Positions 34,601-47,441 are shown, counted from the stretch's first letter. The stretch: 64,000 nt of DNA from Felis catus (GCF_018350175.1 NC_058375.1:310001-374000); one strand, 5' to 3'. The notes: generated by a model from the letters alone, not told the origin. A program made the numbers and translations.

Positions 34601-37600
34601 TGGGAGTAGGGGGTGTAGGGGGGCCCAGGAAGTGACGAGGGTCAAGGTTCTCTGCAGAGGGGTCTCCACTTGAGCTTGGAGATGAAAGCTACCCCCCTAC
34701 CTCCCTGCCAGGAAGGGAGCCCTGGCAGCTGGGGGGGGGGGGGGAGGGGGGGGCGGCAGCAGGAACTGGAATCCAAGGAGGTCTAGGCAGGGGTGGCAGT
34801 GGGGGAAGCTGCTTGGACGGTCGCCGCCACTCAGCAGGATGGTCAGGGGCCCTCCCACACACACCTGTGGCCACCTGCCCAGGTGCCCCTGTCGCCCCTG
34901 GCCCCAGGTGCCTGCACTTCCTGTGCACATGGCCCCAGAGGCCCTTCTCCCAGCCAGCAGGGTTCACAGATGGCTGGGTGGCAGGGCCCGCCAAGCAGAG
35001 CTCAGCTGGTGGTGGCACTCATAGGCCGGGGAGAAGCCAGGGCCACGGAGAACCCGGACCATGGACTAGCCCGTCTTCCAGAGTAAACACCACAGGCTGC
35101 AGCCAGCAGGACGGGAACCCCGTGAGGACCCTCACCTGCAGCCTGCCTCCCACGACCCAGGGCCTGGCCCAGCCCGGTGATCCAAGTCCTGCCCCCGACC
35201 TCCAGCGTTGTCCGAGGATCTCAAAGACCCAACCCCGGAGGGGCCCGGCACCCTGACGCAGGCGCCCACTCGATCCTTCAAAGGAAGTGACAGGTGGATG
35301 GCCAGAGCCAGGCTCAAGCCCGCGACAGGAGTCACCACGTCAGGCCCTCTGAGCATATCTCCAGGCAGGCCCCCACCCTGTCCCTCTGGCCCCAGAGGAG
35401 GGATCAGACGACCCCACGACGAAGGTCCCGAAGTGCATCCTTGGGTCTGGCCCTGGTGCAGGCTGCTGTGAGGGCCCCCTGCGGATGGGCTTCTGGGGCC
35501 CGGAGGTGGGGGGGGGCAGGGATTCAGGGCTACGGCAGGGGGCCAGGAGGCAGGCGAGGGGCTGCAGGAAGGCCGAGCGACTGCTTCTGGAGACGCTTTA
35601 CTTCACAACTGGAGTTTCGCTTGGCCCTCTGACACCCTTCCTGTTCACTCCTGCTCTCGCTGCCACCCCCTCACATACCCAGGTTCCAACAGAGCAGCCT
35701 GGAGGGGCCGCGAGTGCAGGTGGGGGTCCCTCCTACCCTCGAGGCCGCCCCGGGTGCGTGTGTGACCTGCCGGCTGTTACAAAACTGACATTATCAACCA
35801 GAGGAACCCATGAGTCACTGCCCCGGGGCAGGGGCTGCACCCCAAACTCCCCCGAACAAAGGCCTTTTGTCCCCAAGCACCACACCCCCGCCCCTAGGCC
35901 AGGCCCGCCTGTGCACACCATCAGACTCACAAGTGGGCAGACGTGCCGATGGCGGGAGCAGGCACGGGCTCGACATCCGGACGTGCTTCCCAGCCTTGCT
36001 TAACGTGGCTGCAGGGGCCGGGCTCGGGGAGACCCTGAGATGCTGAAGGCCTCAGCTCCTGGCTGACCCTGAGGCAGGGCCCTAAGGTCATGCGGAGCTC
36101 GGAGCCGCCTGAACTCAGAGCCCATCGAGTGCACCGTTCAAGCCCGGCCAGTGAGCAAGACCCCGGGGTGCAGTGCCCCACCCTGCTCCCCAGCAGAGGG
36201 CTGCCCGGCCTCGGATCGGAGGCCTCAGGTGAGACAAGGCGCACCCCCGCCCCCCGCCATCCCAGTGAGCTTCTGTCCCAGGACAGTGCGCTGCGAGCTT
36301 CTCCTTGGGGGTGAGGAAGCCCTCTCCCTTGCCCCCAGCACCCAGAGTCCCCAGCTGTCACAGAGAGTCCAGCTCGAGGACTGACAGCAGCACATCCCCA
36401 CCCCGGGGTCCAGCGGCTTTGTGACCACACGCACAGCCCCGCCAGCCGGCCTCCCTGATGCCCAGGCCCGAGCACAGCCGTTCCCGAGCTCAGGGACTGG
36501 CCGGCCAGGGGCTCCAGCCACTGGGCCCCAGACACCTGCCCTGTGTTTGCTCCCCAGGGGCCTGGTGATTCTAGCTCAGCACACAAGCCCCGGTCCCAGG
36601 GCAGAGACAGAGGAGACACAGAGACTCCACCCCACACGCATCTCACACACAGCAGCACCGGGCAGCTCCACTGGCCCAGAGACACGATCGCAGCCACAAG
36701 GACAGCAAGTCGGCACAGGGAGCCCCGAGAGAAGCACGGACACTCCGCCCAGACCCCCCCACCCCCACCCCAGGCCAACTCTCAGTCCCTGGCCCAGGCC
36801 GTAGGAGTCGGGACATCCCGACGGGGTGTGAGAACCTCCCAGGTGCGCTTGGAGGACAAGCAGCCGCCCTTGGAACAGCCCTCCCACTCACCAGCCCCAG
36901 GTCCAACCCCGAGGGGGGGACGTCACGCCCAAAGCTGGGCCCTGGCCACCAAGGGCCAGCCGGTCCTGGCGGTATCCTAAAGTCCACACTTCTTCCAGGG
37001 CCCAGGCTGGCGGGGAGGGTGCTCTTCTGGAAACCTCACCCCTACCCTGTCCCATCCCACAGGCCTCTCAGAGGAGGACCACGGGAAGAGGGGACGGGCA
37101 GCCTTCTCGCTCATAGCCAGGACCCCCCCCCATCCTGCCCCTCCAGCCTCCTGCCACGGACCGAGGTTGGGGCCTGGCTGCTAAGCTAGTGGGGGCTCCT
37201 GGCCCCCAAGAGGACTTTCCAGCTGCCCTGAGCCAGATGCCCACATTCCTGTCTGCCCTCAAACACAGCACATGGAGGGCACTGGAGGGGCAGGCCATGA
37301 CCCAGCCCCGAGACACCCCACCCCCAGGGCCCCAAGGCCTACAACCAGGCCATGGACCCAAGACAGACCAGGGATCTGGCAGCGGAGGGCTGGGGGTGCC
37401 AGAGGAAGCATGCCCCCTCCCAGGGGTCCCTACCTAGCACAGCAGGGCCTAGAGCCCTCCCTGGCAAGCCCCAGGGTCAGATGGAGGTTCTGGGACTGAG
37501 CCCTAAAAGAGGTCGGTGAAGTCAGCCCATTACTTCCCGCTGCTCCTGGGCAGGGCTCGGGGTCAACAGTCAACCCGAGTCTCTCCAGAGCTGTGTGGCC

Positions 37601-39905
37601 CAGCCAGACGCTCAGGCCACCCCAGAGCCCAGCTATGAAACCAGAAGAGACCAGGCCCAGGAAAACGGCCCCATCTCCCAAGCTCTCCCACTCCCTGGAA
37701 CCCTGCTCAGGCTGGGTATCACTGCAAGGACCCAGGGCCACTTAGGGGGCTCCAGACCCTTCCCAAGGCCCCAGGGAGCTTTTCAAACACCGCAGTTCGG
37801 GCTGAAGAGAATTCAGCAACAAGCTTCCACTGAAGTAGGTCCCAGAGTCAGCTACTTAAGAACCTTGATCCTTTCCATTCGACAGAACACTGCTTCCCTT
37901 TGTGTCTGTGAGGGCTGTACCTGGGAGCTCCTGAAGGCAGGAGAGATGAGAGAAAAGGATGCAGCTGGGCCCAGGGTATGCCACTGGCCCCTCGCTCACA
38001 CTGGGGGGCCAGCCTGTGTCCTCGGGGGCCTGTCTGAGCCTGGGGCCCGAACGCTGTGACCACCCCAGCTCACAGCGCTCGAAGCTGATTGGCGGTCATG
38101 ACGGCCCACCCCGGCCCCCCGTGCCTCTGCTCTCACATCCTCAGCCACGGAGGCTCAGCTGGAGACACCACATTCCAGGGGACTGCAGCGAAGTGGCTAA
38201 TGACCTCTGATTAGGGTGGCAGAGACAGGGGGAAAGACCAGACGGACCAGGAGGCAGGTGCAGTCAGGCGCCACAAACTGGCCCTGGCCCCCTGCCCCCG
38301 GTGGGCTCCAAGGGGCTGGCCTGGTTCGTCCTTGTCCTCGCGTCCCCACCTCTCATCTGTCACCCCGTCTGTCACTCTCTGCAGGCTCTGGGTCTCCATC
38401 TCTGTCATCGCCGCCCCCAGAGCAGCTCTGGGTATGTGAGACCTGCCCCCTCCCGGACCAGGCTGGGTGGGGGGACTGGCTGGTGTTGAAGGACCTGCGG
38501 GAGAGCTCCTGGATGCAGTGAGGCCCCGGGCCCGGCTGAGTCTGGCTGGGTGCTGGCCACGATCCTTCAGTGTCCCCTCCCACTGTGCCCTGGGCAGCCC
38601 TGTCAGCCCACAGGCTGTTACCCCCCTATAAACTGGTGCCCACGGCCAAGCCAAGCTTGGCCAGCCTGGTACGGGACCTCGGTCATGGGAAGCGGGGGAC
38701 GGTGTGTCCTCCCAAGCCTCTGCCTCCCTCGTGTGCCCCTCCTCTCCCAGCCTCCTCACTGGAGACCCCAGGAAGGCACCCACGCCCCACCCCCACAAGC
38801 TACCAGAGTATCCCCACTCAGACCAGGCCGGTGCCTGCAGCTGAAGCAGAGACACCCCCCACTCAGCCCCCCAGCCCCTGACGCCGGCCTGGGACGACCA
38901 GGGAGAGAGGTGGGGTGGGTCATCGGCCAAGCCCTGGGCTGCACGGGCTGGCGCCAGTCTGGCACCACTGCTCTCCCGCCTCATTACCCAGCAGGCTGCA
39001 GGGAGGGTCCCTCCCATGCTCCGCCCCCCCCACACCATGCCCCCCCCCCCACAGGGGTCAGGGTCCCCAGGGGGAGAAGCTGAACAATGGCCCTTGGGCT
39101 CCAACCTCTACCTGCCCCGTCCCTCCGTCTACAGGGTGAAAGAGGCCCTTCCCTGCTCAGCCTTGGAAATGGGGCTTCAGGCCCTGCTGCTGCGGACCCG
39201 AGCCCCACCTCCAGCCCCCAGGCTTCTGTGGAGGGATCAGGGGCCTCACCTCAGCCCTCCAGGTGGGGCCGCCTGCTGAGGACCCAGGTGCCAACCAGAG
39301 ATAGTATCTCAGCAGCTCTGCGGAGGCCCAGACATCCCAAGATCAATTTACATTCTTTGGTCTGGGTTTGCCGGAGCCAAGACGGGGTAGGGGTAGAGGG
39401 CCCCAGACCCGCAGGACGGGCGGGCACGGCCTTGGCCGCCCCACCTGGGGTTTGCATCCACCTAATGTGGCAGCCACCAAGGAGAAGTGGGGAGTCAGCG
39501 AGGTGCCCTGCCGGCCTGGGCCTGGACCACCCTGGGCCCCGCCCTGCAAACGCAGGCGCACTCGGCACCCCAGCGTGGGCAGGAACGCCCTCTGGGCTCA
39601 CGTGTGGGGTTTGGTGACCTGCACACGCAAGTGCAATCTTGTGTGCGGCCCACACCCGTGGGCTCCCCGCACCTGCCCCACGGGACAAGCGCTCCGCACC
39701 CCAGACAGGCACAGCACGCGGCATCTGGCCACCATCTGACCAACTTCTGGTGCTGAACGGGTCTGGGCCCCTGGCCCTTCACGTGTCCACAGACCGCTGC
39801 CTCCAAGGCCGGACATGAGGCCGCACGTCCTTCCAGGGCCACAGCTGCGCCCCCCCCACCCCCATGACTACAAAGTGACCAGGCGACAGGGAGGGCTGAG
39901 AGCTC

Positions 39906-39911
39906 TTTATT
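39906..39911 (-). terminator. Polyadenylation signal AATAAA of C1QTNF12
   Basis: tttatt on plus, ~60 nt past the stop codon. Confidence 0.8.
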
Positions 39912-39971
39912 GCTGTCACCACAGGTTTTACAGAGGACAGTGGGGGGCGGGTGGGGGGCCCGGTCTGGCCC

Positions 39972-40070
39972 TCACGTGCCCAGGAGCAGGCCGGAGAAGC
40001 TGGAGCCACTCTGGATCGTGAGGGCCGTCCCAGAGCCATTGTCCACAAAGATGGAGGCGTACTGTCCGGC
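39972..40070 (-). CDS. C1QTNF12: C1QTNF12 exon 8 (coding part)
   Basis: [35 protein letters not shown] at 39974-39972. Confidence 0.93.
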   Translation of the reverse strand, partial: AGQYASIFVDNGSGTALTIQSGSSFSGLLLGT

Positions 40071-43000
40071 CTGCAGACACCCCACAGTGGACGTCACCAC
40101 CCACGACGCCCGCCTGCCCGGGGGAGCGCATGGAGGGATGAAGCTCAAGCCCCAGCACACAGCACCCACCCCAGGGGTCATCTGGCCGATGCTCCGGGCC
40201 TCGGATCCCCCCCCCCTCCGGTGCAGCCCCCCCTTGGCCTCACCTGCACCCACCCCAGGGGTCATCTGGCCGATGCTCCGGGCCTCGGATCCCCCCTCCC
40301 TCCGGTGCAGCCCCCCCCCCTGGCCTCACCTGCACCCACCCCAGGGGTCATCTGGCCGATGCTCTGGGCCTCGGATCCGCCCCCACCCCCCCCCCACCCC
40401 CCCCCGGTGCAGCCCCCTGGCCTCACCTGCAAGTGCAGCAGACCCTGGACTTGCATGGTGAAGACCCTGCCTCGGCTCTCCAGGCCCGAGATGGCCTCCA
40501 GGGACCTGGACAGGGCGCGCAGGACAGGGGTGAGGGCACAGCTGACTGCGGGGCCAGGACCCCACCCCCATACACAGTGCGGTCAACACTGGGGCACCAC
40601 CCCCCGCGACCGCCCAGCATTCAGGGTGCCCCCTAGGAAGGCCCACTCACATGTGTCGATGACACAGGGACTCAATGCAGACGAGCGCCCGCACTGTGTC
40701 CCGAGCCCGCAGCCGTGCCCTGCCCTGCGGCTCCCTGTGGTCTGTGGAGACAGGGCCTGGCCTGCAACAGCCCTCAGGGAGGACAGAGCAGAGAGGGGCG
40801 GGGGGGCTGGGACTGGGGGCCTTCAGGACGCACTGTCAGATGTAGGCCGGGGAGCGGCTGAGGGCTGGGGGAGGGTGGCCCTGAGTGAGACCCCCAGGGA
40901 GGTGGGGTTGTAGCAAAGGACCCGGGCCTGGGGGCCGGCCCCACTCACCCACGTGCAGGCTGGCAGAAAACTGGAAGATGGCGGTCACTGGGGCTGTGAA
41001 CCGGCCCGAGGCCAGGCTCAAGCCGGACCCCCGCAGGAAGGCGCCCTGGGCAGTGGGCTGGAGGGATAGCAGGTGAACAGCCAGCTGCAGCGCCTGGGCC
41101 CTCATCTTGCACATCCAGCCTGGGGGAGGCGCCTGTGACCAACAGCCGCCACCCCAAGCAGGCCCCAGGTGGGCAAGGTGGGGGGTGACCTACGTGTCTA
41201 TGCCCCCTGGGCCCCTGGGCACAGGCTCCAGGCCCCAAGGGATGGATGAACCCTCAAGAGCCCCCACCTGGAAAGGTATCCCTGCCTCCCGGCCACCTTG
41301 GATCCCACCCAGTCATGGCACACGAGACCTGCTGACCCTGACCTAGGTCACCTCCCCCTGCATGTATGTGCCGGGTGGCTGTCCCAGGCTGGCTGTGAGC
41401 ACCGCCCCCCCCCCAGTGGTGGGGAGCCCACCCAGCACCACGCACCCCGCTGGCCCGTGCTGGTACATGAGGAAGGCCTACAGCAGATGCCCCAAGAGGA
41501 CCGGGGCCCCCCCGAGCCCACTCACAGCCTGGAAGCCACGCAGCTCCAGCAGTGTCCTCTCGTCCACCACTGTAGGGCCCTTCAGGCCACAGTGGAAGGC
41601 CTCAGCCACCAGCCACCTGCCTGTCCCTTCAGGCAGCAAGGGGCTCAGCAGCCCCAAGAACCGGCGCTCGGTGGCCTCTGCGGGGAAAAGGGTGAGGCAG
41701 CACCTCGGGGTCAGTGTGGGGTCACCCCCGGGGCCCCAGGCGGGAAGAGTCAGGGACAGGGGTCTCACCTTTCAGCATCTCCTGAAACTCTCGCAACAGG
41801 GCCTCCTGGTTGACTGCTGCACCGGGGGGGCCGGGGGGCCCAGGGGGCCCAGGAGGCCCTGGGGGGCCAGAGAGGCCTCGCTGCGGGGAGGCAGGAGAAA
41901 AGTGAGGGTCCTAGTTGGAGCCACAGCCACCCCTGCCCTGGGTTCAGACCCCGGGGCTCACCGACTTCTTGTCCCGGCCCCGGCACCGTCTCTTCGAGGC
42001 CCCATCATCTGGCCGCCGGACAAAGTTCAGCCATGTCATGTGGGCATCTGAGAACTCAGGCCCCAAGGCCTCAGGCGGCTGCAGGGCCAGGGAACAGGGC
42101 TAGTGTGCTGGCCACCGGGCCCTAATGAGTCCTGCCCTACTGCCCCCAGCGGACAGCGGGGAACCTCAGGGCCCAGGCCACCTTGGGCAGGACTCAGGGT
42201 ACACACAAGAAAAGTGGCAACGGGGCACCGCGGGCCACCCCTGGGGACCCAGACCAGGATGAGACACAGGACAAGGGCTCGGGGCCTGATATCCAGGCAC
42301 CGTGGTCTGGGTTCTGTATTAGAGCGACCGTGTCCCCTCCCACTGGACCCTGTTCCCAAGCGGATGGGCACACCTGTGTACACACAAGGCCAGCCCCACA
42401 AGTCTCAACAGAGGCCTGGCCCTGGCTGAGGGGGGCAGCAGTGAAGAGCAGTGAGTTCTCTGTGGGGCTTCTCGAGAGTCCCAGAGCCATGCGAAACCAG
42501 GGGGAGGACAGGCACAGGCCTTGCTTTGTGTTGGACATGAGTGTGTGAGCTGGTGGCCTTGGCCCCCCAGCCGGCCCTGCTGTTCAGGCTCTGACCCAGG
42601 CCACAGCTGGCCAGTCCACCTCACTGTTGGAGCGAGGTTTGGGAGAGAGCCACCACCATGGGGCTCGCAGAGTCCTGGCCGCTCTCTTCGGGCTGACCCA
42701 GGCAGGGCAAGCTGAGCAGTCCTGACCCAGGGTCCAGGCCGGCAGTCAGCCCTCAGTCCCTAGCATAGCAAGAGCTAGGCGCCCGGGACAGGTGCCGCCT
42801 CCTGACCTGGGAAAGCCAGGGCCTCCTCTCCATAGACCAGGCCAGGTCTCTATCCTGGGGGGGATGGGAAGGGCAGGTAGGGTAGGGTACCTCCCACCCC
42901 TGGTCTGGGCCCCACCCAGAGAAGAGAAGGACGCCAAGAACTTCAGAATGTCCAGGAGCGCCTGGGGGGCTCAGTCTGTTGAGCGTCCGACTTCGGCTCG

Positions 43001-44526
43001 GGTCATGATCTCGCGGTTCATGAATTCAAGCCCCGAGTCGGGCTCTGTGCTGACAGCTCGGAGCCTGGAGCCTGCTTCGGATGCTGTGTCTCCCTCTCTC
43101 TGTCCCTCCCCCACTCATGCTCTGTCTCTGTCTCTCAAAAATAAACAAACATTAAAAAGATTTAAAAAAAAAAACAAACTTTGGAATGTCCTGGTTCCTC
43201 GCATATCTGGTATCTGCCTGGTCCCCTGGCTGCCACCCACCCTGGCCACGCTTGAGGGACCCAGGAGCCCTGAGAGACCGGTACATCAGTGGCGTCTAGG
43301 GGCCAAGGGCTGCAGGAGCAGGGGACAAGTGGAAGATGAGCTCATCCCTAGCAAGAAGAGCAGGAGCTCGTGTCTGGGCAGGGCTGTCCGGGGCACGTGT
43401 CCCATGGCAGCCCCCCAACCCACGGAGACCACTCCTGGAATAGAGATTTTCCTGTTTGTCCCCAGGCTGACTCGTGCCAGGCAGGGCAGGGAACGGCCAC
43501 TAAGCACCTTCCCCTGGGTGACTGGCCGGAATCAGCCCCAGAAGCTGCGGGGAGCCCACTCTTCTCCGGCTCGGCCTGCCCGTCTGGCAAACGGGGCCCC
43601 GGGCTCCAACGGGCCGCGTGGGCTGAGAGCAGCCTGGCTGGCCGCCGCAGAGACGCCCTTGGGAGGTGGGAGGCCAGGATCAAAGGCGTGAGGGCTGGGG
43701 GGTGGGGAACCTGTCCCAGCAACAGCCTCTCCCTTCCCAGTCCCGCGGCCCCCAGGTGGGCAGCTGCACAAAGCCACCGGGCCTGCTGGAGTCAGCTCCG
43801 AGACCCCCTCTGGAGATAATAGGTGCAGGAAAGGTGGAGGACCAGGGCTGAGGTGGGTGCGGGGAACTTTGGTCTCAGAGAGGACCCAGGGCCAGACTGG
43901 GGCCAGAGGGACTGCAATAACCAGGAACACAGCCCGTGCCAGAGGCCGGAGAGGGTGCTGGCTACGCAGTGAGCAATCAGGGTAAGGACCTCCAGGAAGC
44001 ACAGGGTCCAGGCTAGCCTGGGCCTCTCCAGCCACTCAAGTTGTGGGGGACCTGGATTCCCAACGAGGAGTCTAGAACTCCTCCCCACCCACTCCTGAAT
44101 TAGCAGTTACACCAAACAGCAGCACGTGGAACCTAGGGCTTCAAAGGGTTCACTGTAACCCCTCTGGGAAGTCCCTCTCCTCCCCCGCCCCTTCCCCTGG
44201 GCCAGGGGGGCCCCATGGATGCCCCAATAGCAGCCGCTGCAAATCGTGCCCAAAGTCCCACTTCGTGGGGACAGGATGGGGAGGGCTGCAGAGCCGGGGC
44301 CCCCCTGAAGTCTACAAAGGGCGTGCACACCCGCACCCACGTGCAACCGGCCCGCACGTACCTTGGGGGAGCCTGGCAGCCCCTCGCTGTTGGACGCGGT
44401 GGCGGCGGGGTGCTCGGTGCGCTGGCCGGGCTGCCGTGGCCTCTTGGGCTCCCTCCGCGCCCCGATGCCCCCGAGGAGCACAAGCTGCAGCCAGAGGAGG
44501 GCTGCGGCAGCCCGGGCCCAGTGCAT
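39972..44526 (-). CDS. C1QTNF12: C1q and TNF related 12 (adipolin/CTRP12/FAM132A), 307 aa, 8 exons
   Basis: Exons 44362-44526, 41962-42078, 41769-41880, 41526-41677, 40949-41057, 40651-40741, 40427-40505 and 39972-40070 sum to 924 nt. Signal peptide, [18 protein letters not shown], (GPP)5 collagen segment, C1q-like domain ending [10 protein letters not shown]. Confidence 0.95.
40162..40426. repeat. Three-copy ~82-97 bp tandem repeat in C1QTNF12 intron 7
   Basis: cacccaccccaggggtcatctggccgatgctc...ggtgcagccccc...ggcctcacctg occurs three times; units differ mainly in C-run length. Confidence 0.92.
40427..40505 (-). CDS. C1QTNF12: C1QTNF12 exon 7
   Basis: [26 protein letters not shown]; 79 nt. 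Confidence 0.92.
40651..40741 (-). CDS. C1QTNF12: C1QTNF12 exon 6
   Basis: [29 protein letters not shown]; 91 nt. Confidence 0.92.
40949..41057 (-). CDS. C1QTNF12: C1QTNF12 exon 5
   Basis: [36 protein letters not shown]; 109 nt. Confidence 0.93.
41526..41677 (-). CDS. C1QTNF12: C1QTNF12 exon 4
   Basis: [50 protein letters not shown]; 152 nt. Confidence 0.93.
41769..41880 (-). CDS. C1QTNF12: C1QTNF12 exon 3 (collagen-like)
   Basis: [37 protein letters not shown]; 112 nt. Confidence 0.93.
41962..42078 (-). CDS. C1QTNF12: C1QTNF12 exon 2
   Basis: [39 protein letters not shown]; 117 nt. Confidence 0.93.
42954..43176 (+). mobile_element. Can-SINE in C1QTNF12 intron 1
   Basis: SINE body and tail; TSD aacttcagaatgtcc (42939-42953) vs aactttggaatgtcc (43177-43191). 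Confidence 0.92.
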
Positions 44527-44960
44527 GGCGGCCGGCCCGCAGCTCTGGACCTCGGTGATGGCTCAGCGCTGCGGGTGGGGACAGCCCAGTGTGCTCATGG
44601 GGGCAGCAGCACAGCCGCACTCAGGGCCCCGGTGCGGGGACACGGCCCCAGGGGGCGCCTGGCTGCTGCCGGTGCATGTGTGCACAGGGTGAGCTGGAGC
44701 AGCGGCGGGGCGGGCACGACGACGGCAGACGCGCTCCTGCTCCCTTAGGCTGGGGCCGGCGCCCGCCTCCCCTCACGCGCGGCGCCCTGGCCGCCCGCGC
44801 TGCCGCCAAATAAACCCTCCCCTCCTCCCCGAAGCTCCAAGGGGGAGGGCTCACACTCGGCTGGTCCGCCGGCGCCGCCGAGGGCTCCCAGGCCAGCCCG
44901 GGGGCGTGGACGGGGCGTTAGCAGGGGCCGCGCCTCCTGCAGGCGCTCTGAGCCTTTGGA
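44330..44960. promoter_or_regulatory. CpG island / C1QTNF12 promoter
   Basis: CpG-dense region over exon 1; TTTATT/TATA-like element at ~44808-44813 on minus (aaataaa on plus). Confidence 0.6.
44362..44526 (-). CDS. C1QTNF12: C1QTNF12 exon 1 (coding part)
   Basis: [29 protein letters not shown]...GSPK; donor AAG|GTACG; 165 nt. Confidence 0.9.
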
Positions 44961-47335
44961 AACAGCCCCCCCCCTTCCCCCCCCCCCCCCCCCCGCCCCA
45001 AGGGCCAACTCACCCTGGAAACTGTTAACACGAATTCACCCCACCCGCCTCCCAGCTCAGCTCCTGACACCTCACATCCAGCCCCTTCAGGGTGGTGGCC
45101 CAGAGTAGGGGAGCCCTCCATCAGGACCAACAGCCCCAACTGCCCTTCCTCCGTATGACCCACCTCACTCGGGCCCCCCAAGCCCTCTACACAGCAACCC
45201 CTACCCCAAGGTCCCGGCGATGCCCAGAAGCCTGGCTCAGATCCCACTCCTGAGAAAGGCGGGACCCAGGAAGCAGGACAGCTGACCCACCAGGCTCCCA
45301 GCCTTGTCCTGGCAATGGGTGCTGGCCCTCCACTAGCGGGGAGCCTGGCTAGTGAGGGGAGGGCCTGACTGACCTCAGAGCAAAGGCACGGTGGGTGGCC
45401 CCGGCCGCCCCAACGTCCTTCTGCCCCCTCCTCTTCTTGGGGCACGAGGCCAACCGTTTCTGCCTGAGGGGCTGCCCTCACCCAAACAGGCCTCTGGACC
45501 CAAACAGGCCTCTGTGCTTCTGATCATCCTGAGCCAGAAGGGGAAAGGGAGCGGAGTCCCCAGGCCTTTGCACCCCAACCTGGAGGTCAGCACAAGTGTG
45601 AGCCCCTGGGTGGCCGTGTGGCGCCAGAGGAGCCAGTTCCCTCCACAGCTGTCCGCCCAAGGAGAGGGAGCTCGGGATCTCCCCTCAGCTGGACCTGAGC
45701 AACAGTGGGCGGGTCCCCAGGGAGAGCTGGGACCCATCCTGAACCACCTCCAGGGTGCACGCCACGGGCAACGGGTCCGCCAGGGCCAGCTCAAGCCAAC
45801 AAGCCGCACAGACTCACTCGCCGCGTGGTGAGGGCCTGCGTGGGGACCGAGGCTAGGACGCGTCAGAGCCATGGCTATAGCCCCCGCAGGAGCTGCTGCT
45901 TGCAGCCCGGCCTAGAGGAAGGTGGGGCACACCGGTCCTGGTGGAGGAGTCCTCCAGGCACCCCTCAACTTCCCGATGTCTGCCAGGAATGCTGAGGCGC
46001 CGAGACAAGCCTGGTGGGGAAGGTGTGAGGAGTGTCCGCCCAGGGTCATCCGTCCCCTCTGCTGGCTCAGGCAGAGACGGTCGGTCACCTCCAGGGACAA
46101 CAGAGGCCGGCTCTGGTGAACTCTGAGCTCACGACTGGGAGCCTCAGGTCTCTTGGGTGTCCAGCTGGTGAGCTCCCAACGCCCGGGTCCTGAGGAGGGC
46201 GCCAGGTCCGGGGGGGGGGGGCGCCGCACTGCAGAAGATCCCCTTGTGCCCTGCCCCGTGGAACCCCAGATGTGCCCTGCACCCAACACCGGGTCAGGAA
46301 AGGTAGCCAGGAAGACTCCTCCTGAGCTGCCAGACCCCCCTTCGCAGGCTGGGTACCTGTGCTCCCATCAACTGCATCCTGACAGTTTGATCCTTCGAGG
46401 CTCAAAAGTGCGTCACCGGAGTGCCATCGGCAATGCGCCGTCTCTGGCTGCCGTGTGGACACTGCCAGCTACACCAGCCTCCGGCACGGTCCTCCTAAAG
46501 GCAGGCCAACAGCAGAGGGTCTCTGAAGCAGGATGGGGGAGCCACGTGGCAATGGGCCTCAGACAGGTCCAACCATGCCTGAACCATGAGCTCTGCTCCC
46601 ATCCCAGGCACCTTGAGAACAAGCAGGAAGCAGGAGCCACTTCCTCGGCCCGCTGGTCCAGCAGTCTCGGCCAAGTCATGCTCTGCGGGAGGTCACTGCC
46701 CCCTTAGACTTGGGTCCAGTGTCAGGGAACCAGCTCTCTGCTTTCAGTGCCCCCTCCCCCACATCCCACGGGTCCTCCCAGGGCCCAGCGCCCCCAGTGA
46801 GCATGGGGGCTGCCGGGAACCACCAAAGGGACCCTGCCCTCCAGTGTCCACGCCTCACTGCCGCAGACATCAACTGCCTGCACAGGGGAGGCTCAGGCCA
46901 GCTGCCACACAGCCACAGCCCAGATGCTGGGTGCCGTCCCTACAGCGGGCTGCCTGAAGTCATGCCCTTGGCACCGGGAGGGCCGCTCCAGCCTCAGCCC
47001 AGACCTGTCGGCTGCCTGGCAAGTTTCTTGGGGGAGAAATAAATGTCGGGTATGCCCTTCTCTGGGACCACAGGGCACACCTCCGGGACTGTTTCACCGG
47101 CGTCCATACAGGACCAGTTTTTTGGGGGGCTTCTCCCCCTGGATCCAGAGACTTCACAGCACGGCTTACACTCAGGGGTTCAGCCGGGCCAGCTGGGGAA
47201 GCACACATCCAATGGGTGGCCAAAGGGGGTCCAACTGCCCTCCACCGGGGACCCCACACAAGAACGAGGGGCCAGCGATTCCTCCGAGAGGGAGCAACAC
47301 GTGTAGCCCCACAGGACAAGTTCATCTTTGTTTCT

Positions 47336-47441
47336 TAATTTTTATTTATTTTAAGCAATCTCTACACCCAACGTGGGACTCAAACTCACAACCCCAAGAT
47401 TAAGAGTCGCACGTTCTTCCGACTGAGCCAGCCAGGTGCCC
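47336..47441 (-). mobile_element. Short Can-SINE, minus orientation
   Basis: Reverse complement reads GGGCACCTGGCTGGCTCAGTCGGAAGAACGTGCGACTCTTAATCTTGGGGTTGTGAGTTTGAGTCCCACGTTGGGTGTAGAGATTGCTTAAAATAAATAAAAA. Confidence 0.85.

Noticed and set aside
31700-39900. Possible hidden gene in the 8-kb B3GALT6-C1QTNF12 interval
   Set aside because: I could not assemble any chain of exons with a recognisable protein, and no ncRNA, tRNA or processed-pseudogene signature (poly(A) plus TSD) was seen. An unannotated lncRNA cannot be excluded without expression data.
40244-40330. CAG|GTGAG junctions in C1QTNF12 intron 7 as recursive splice sites
   Set aside because: The upstream sequence is G-rich with no polypyrimidine tract or branch point, and the intron is short, so they are plausible only as alternative donors.
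41769-41880. (GPP)5 collagen segment of adipolin, longer than I recall for human
   Set aside because: From memory, mouse has a similarly long segment, so human is probably the derived state and this is not a feline novelty.
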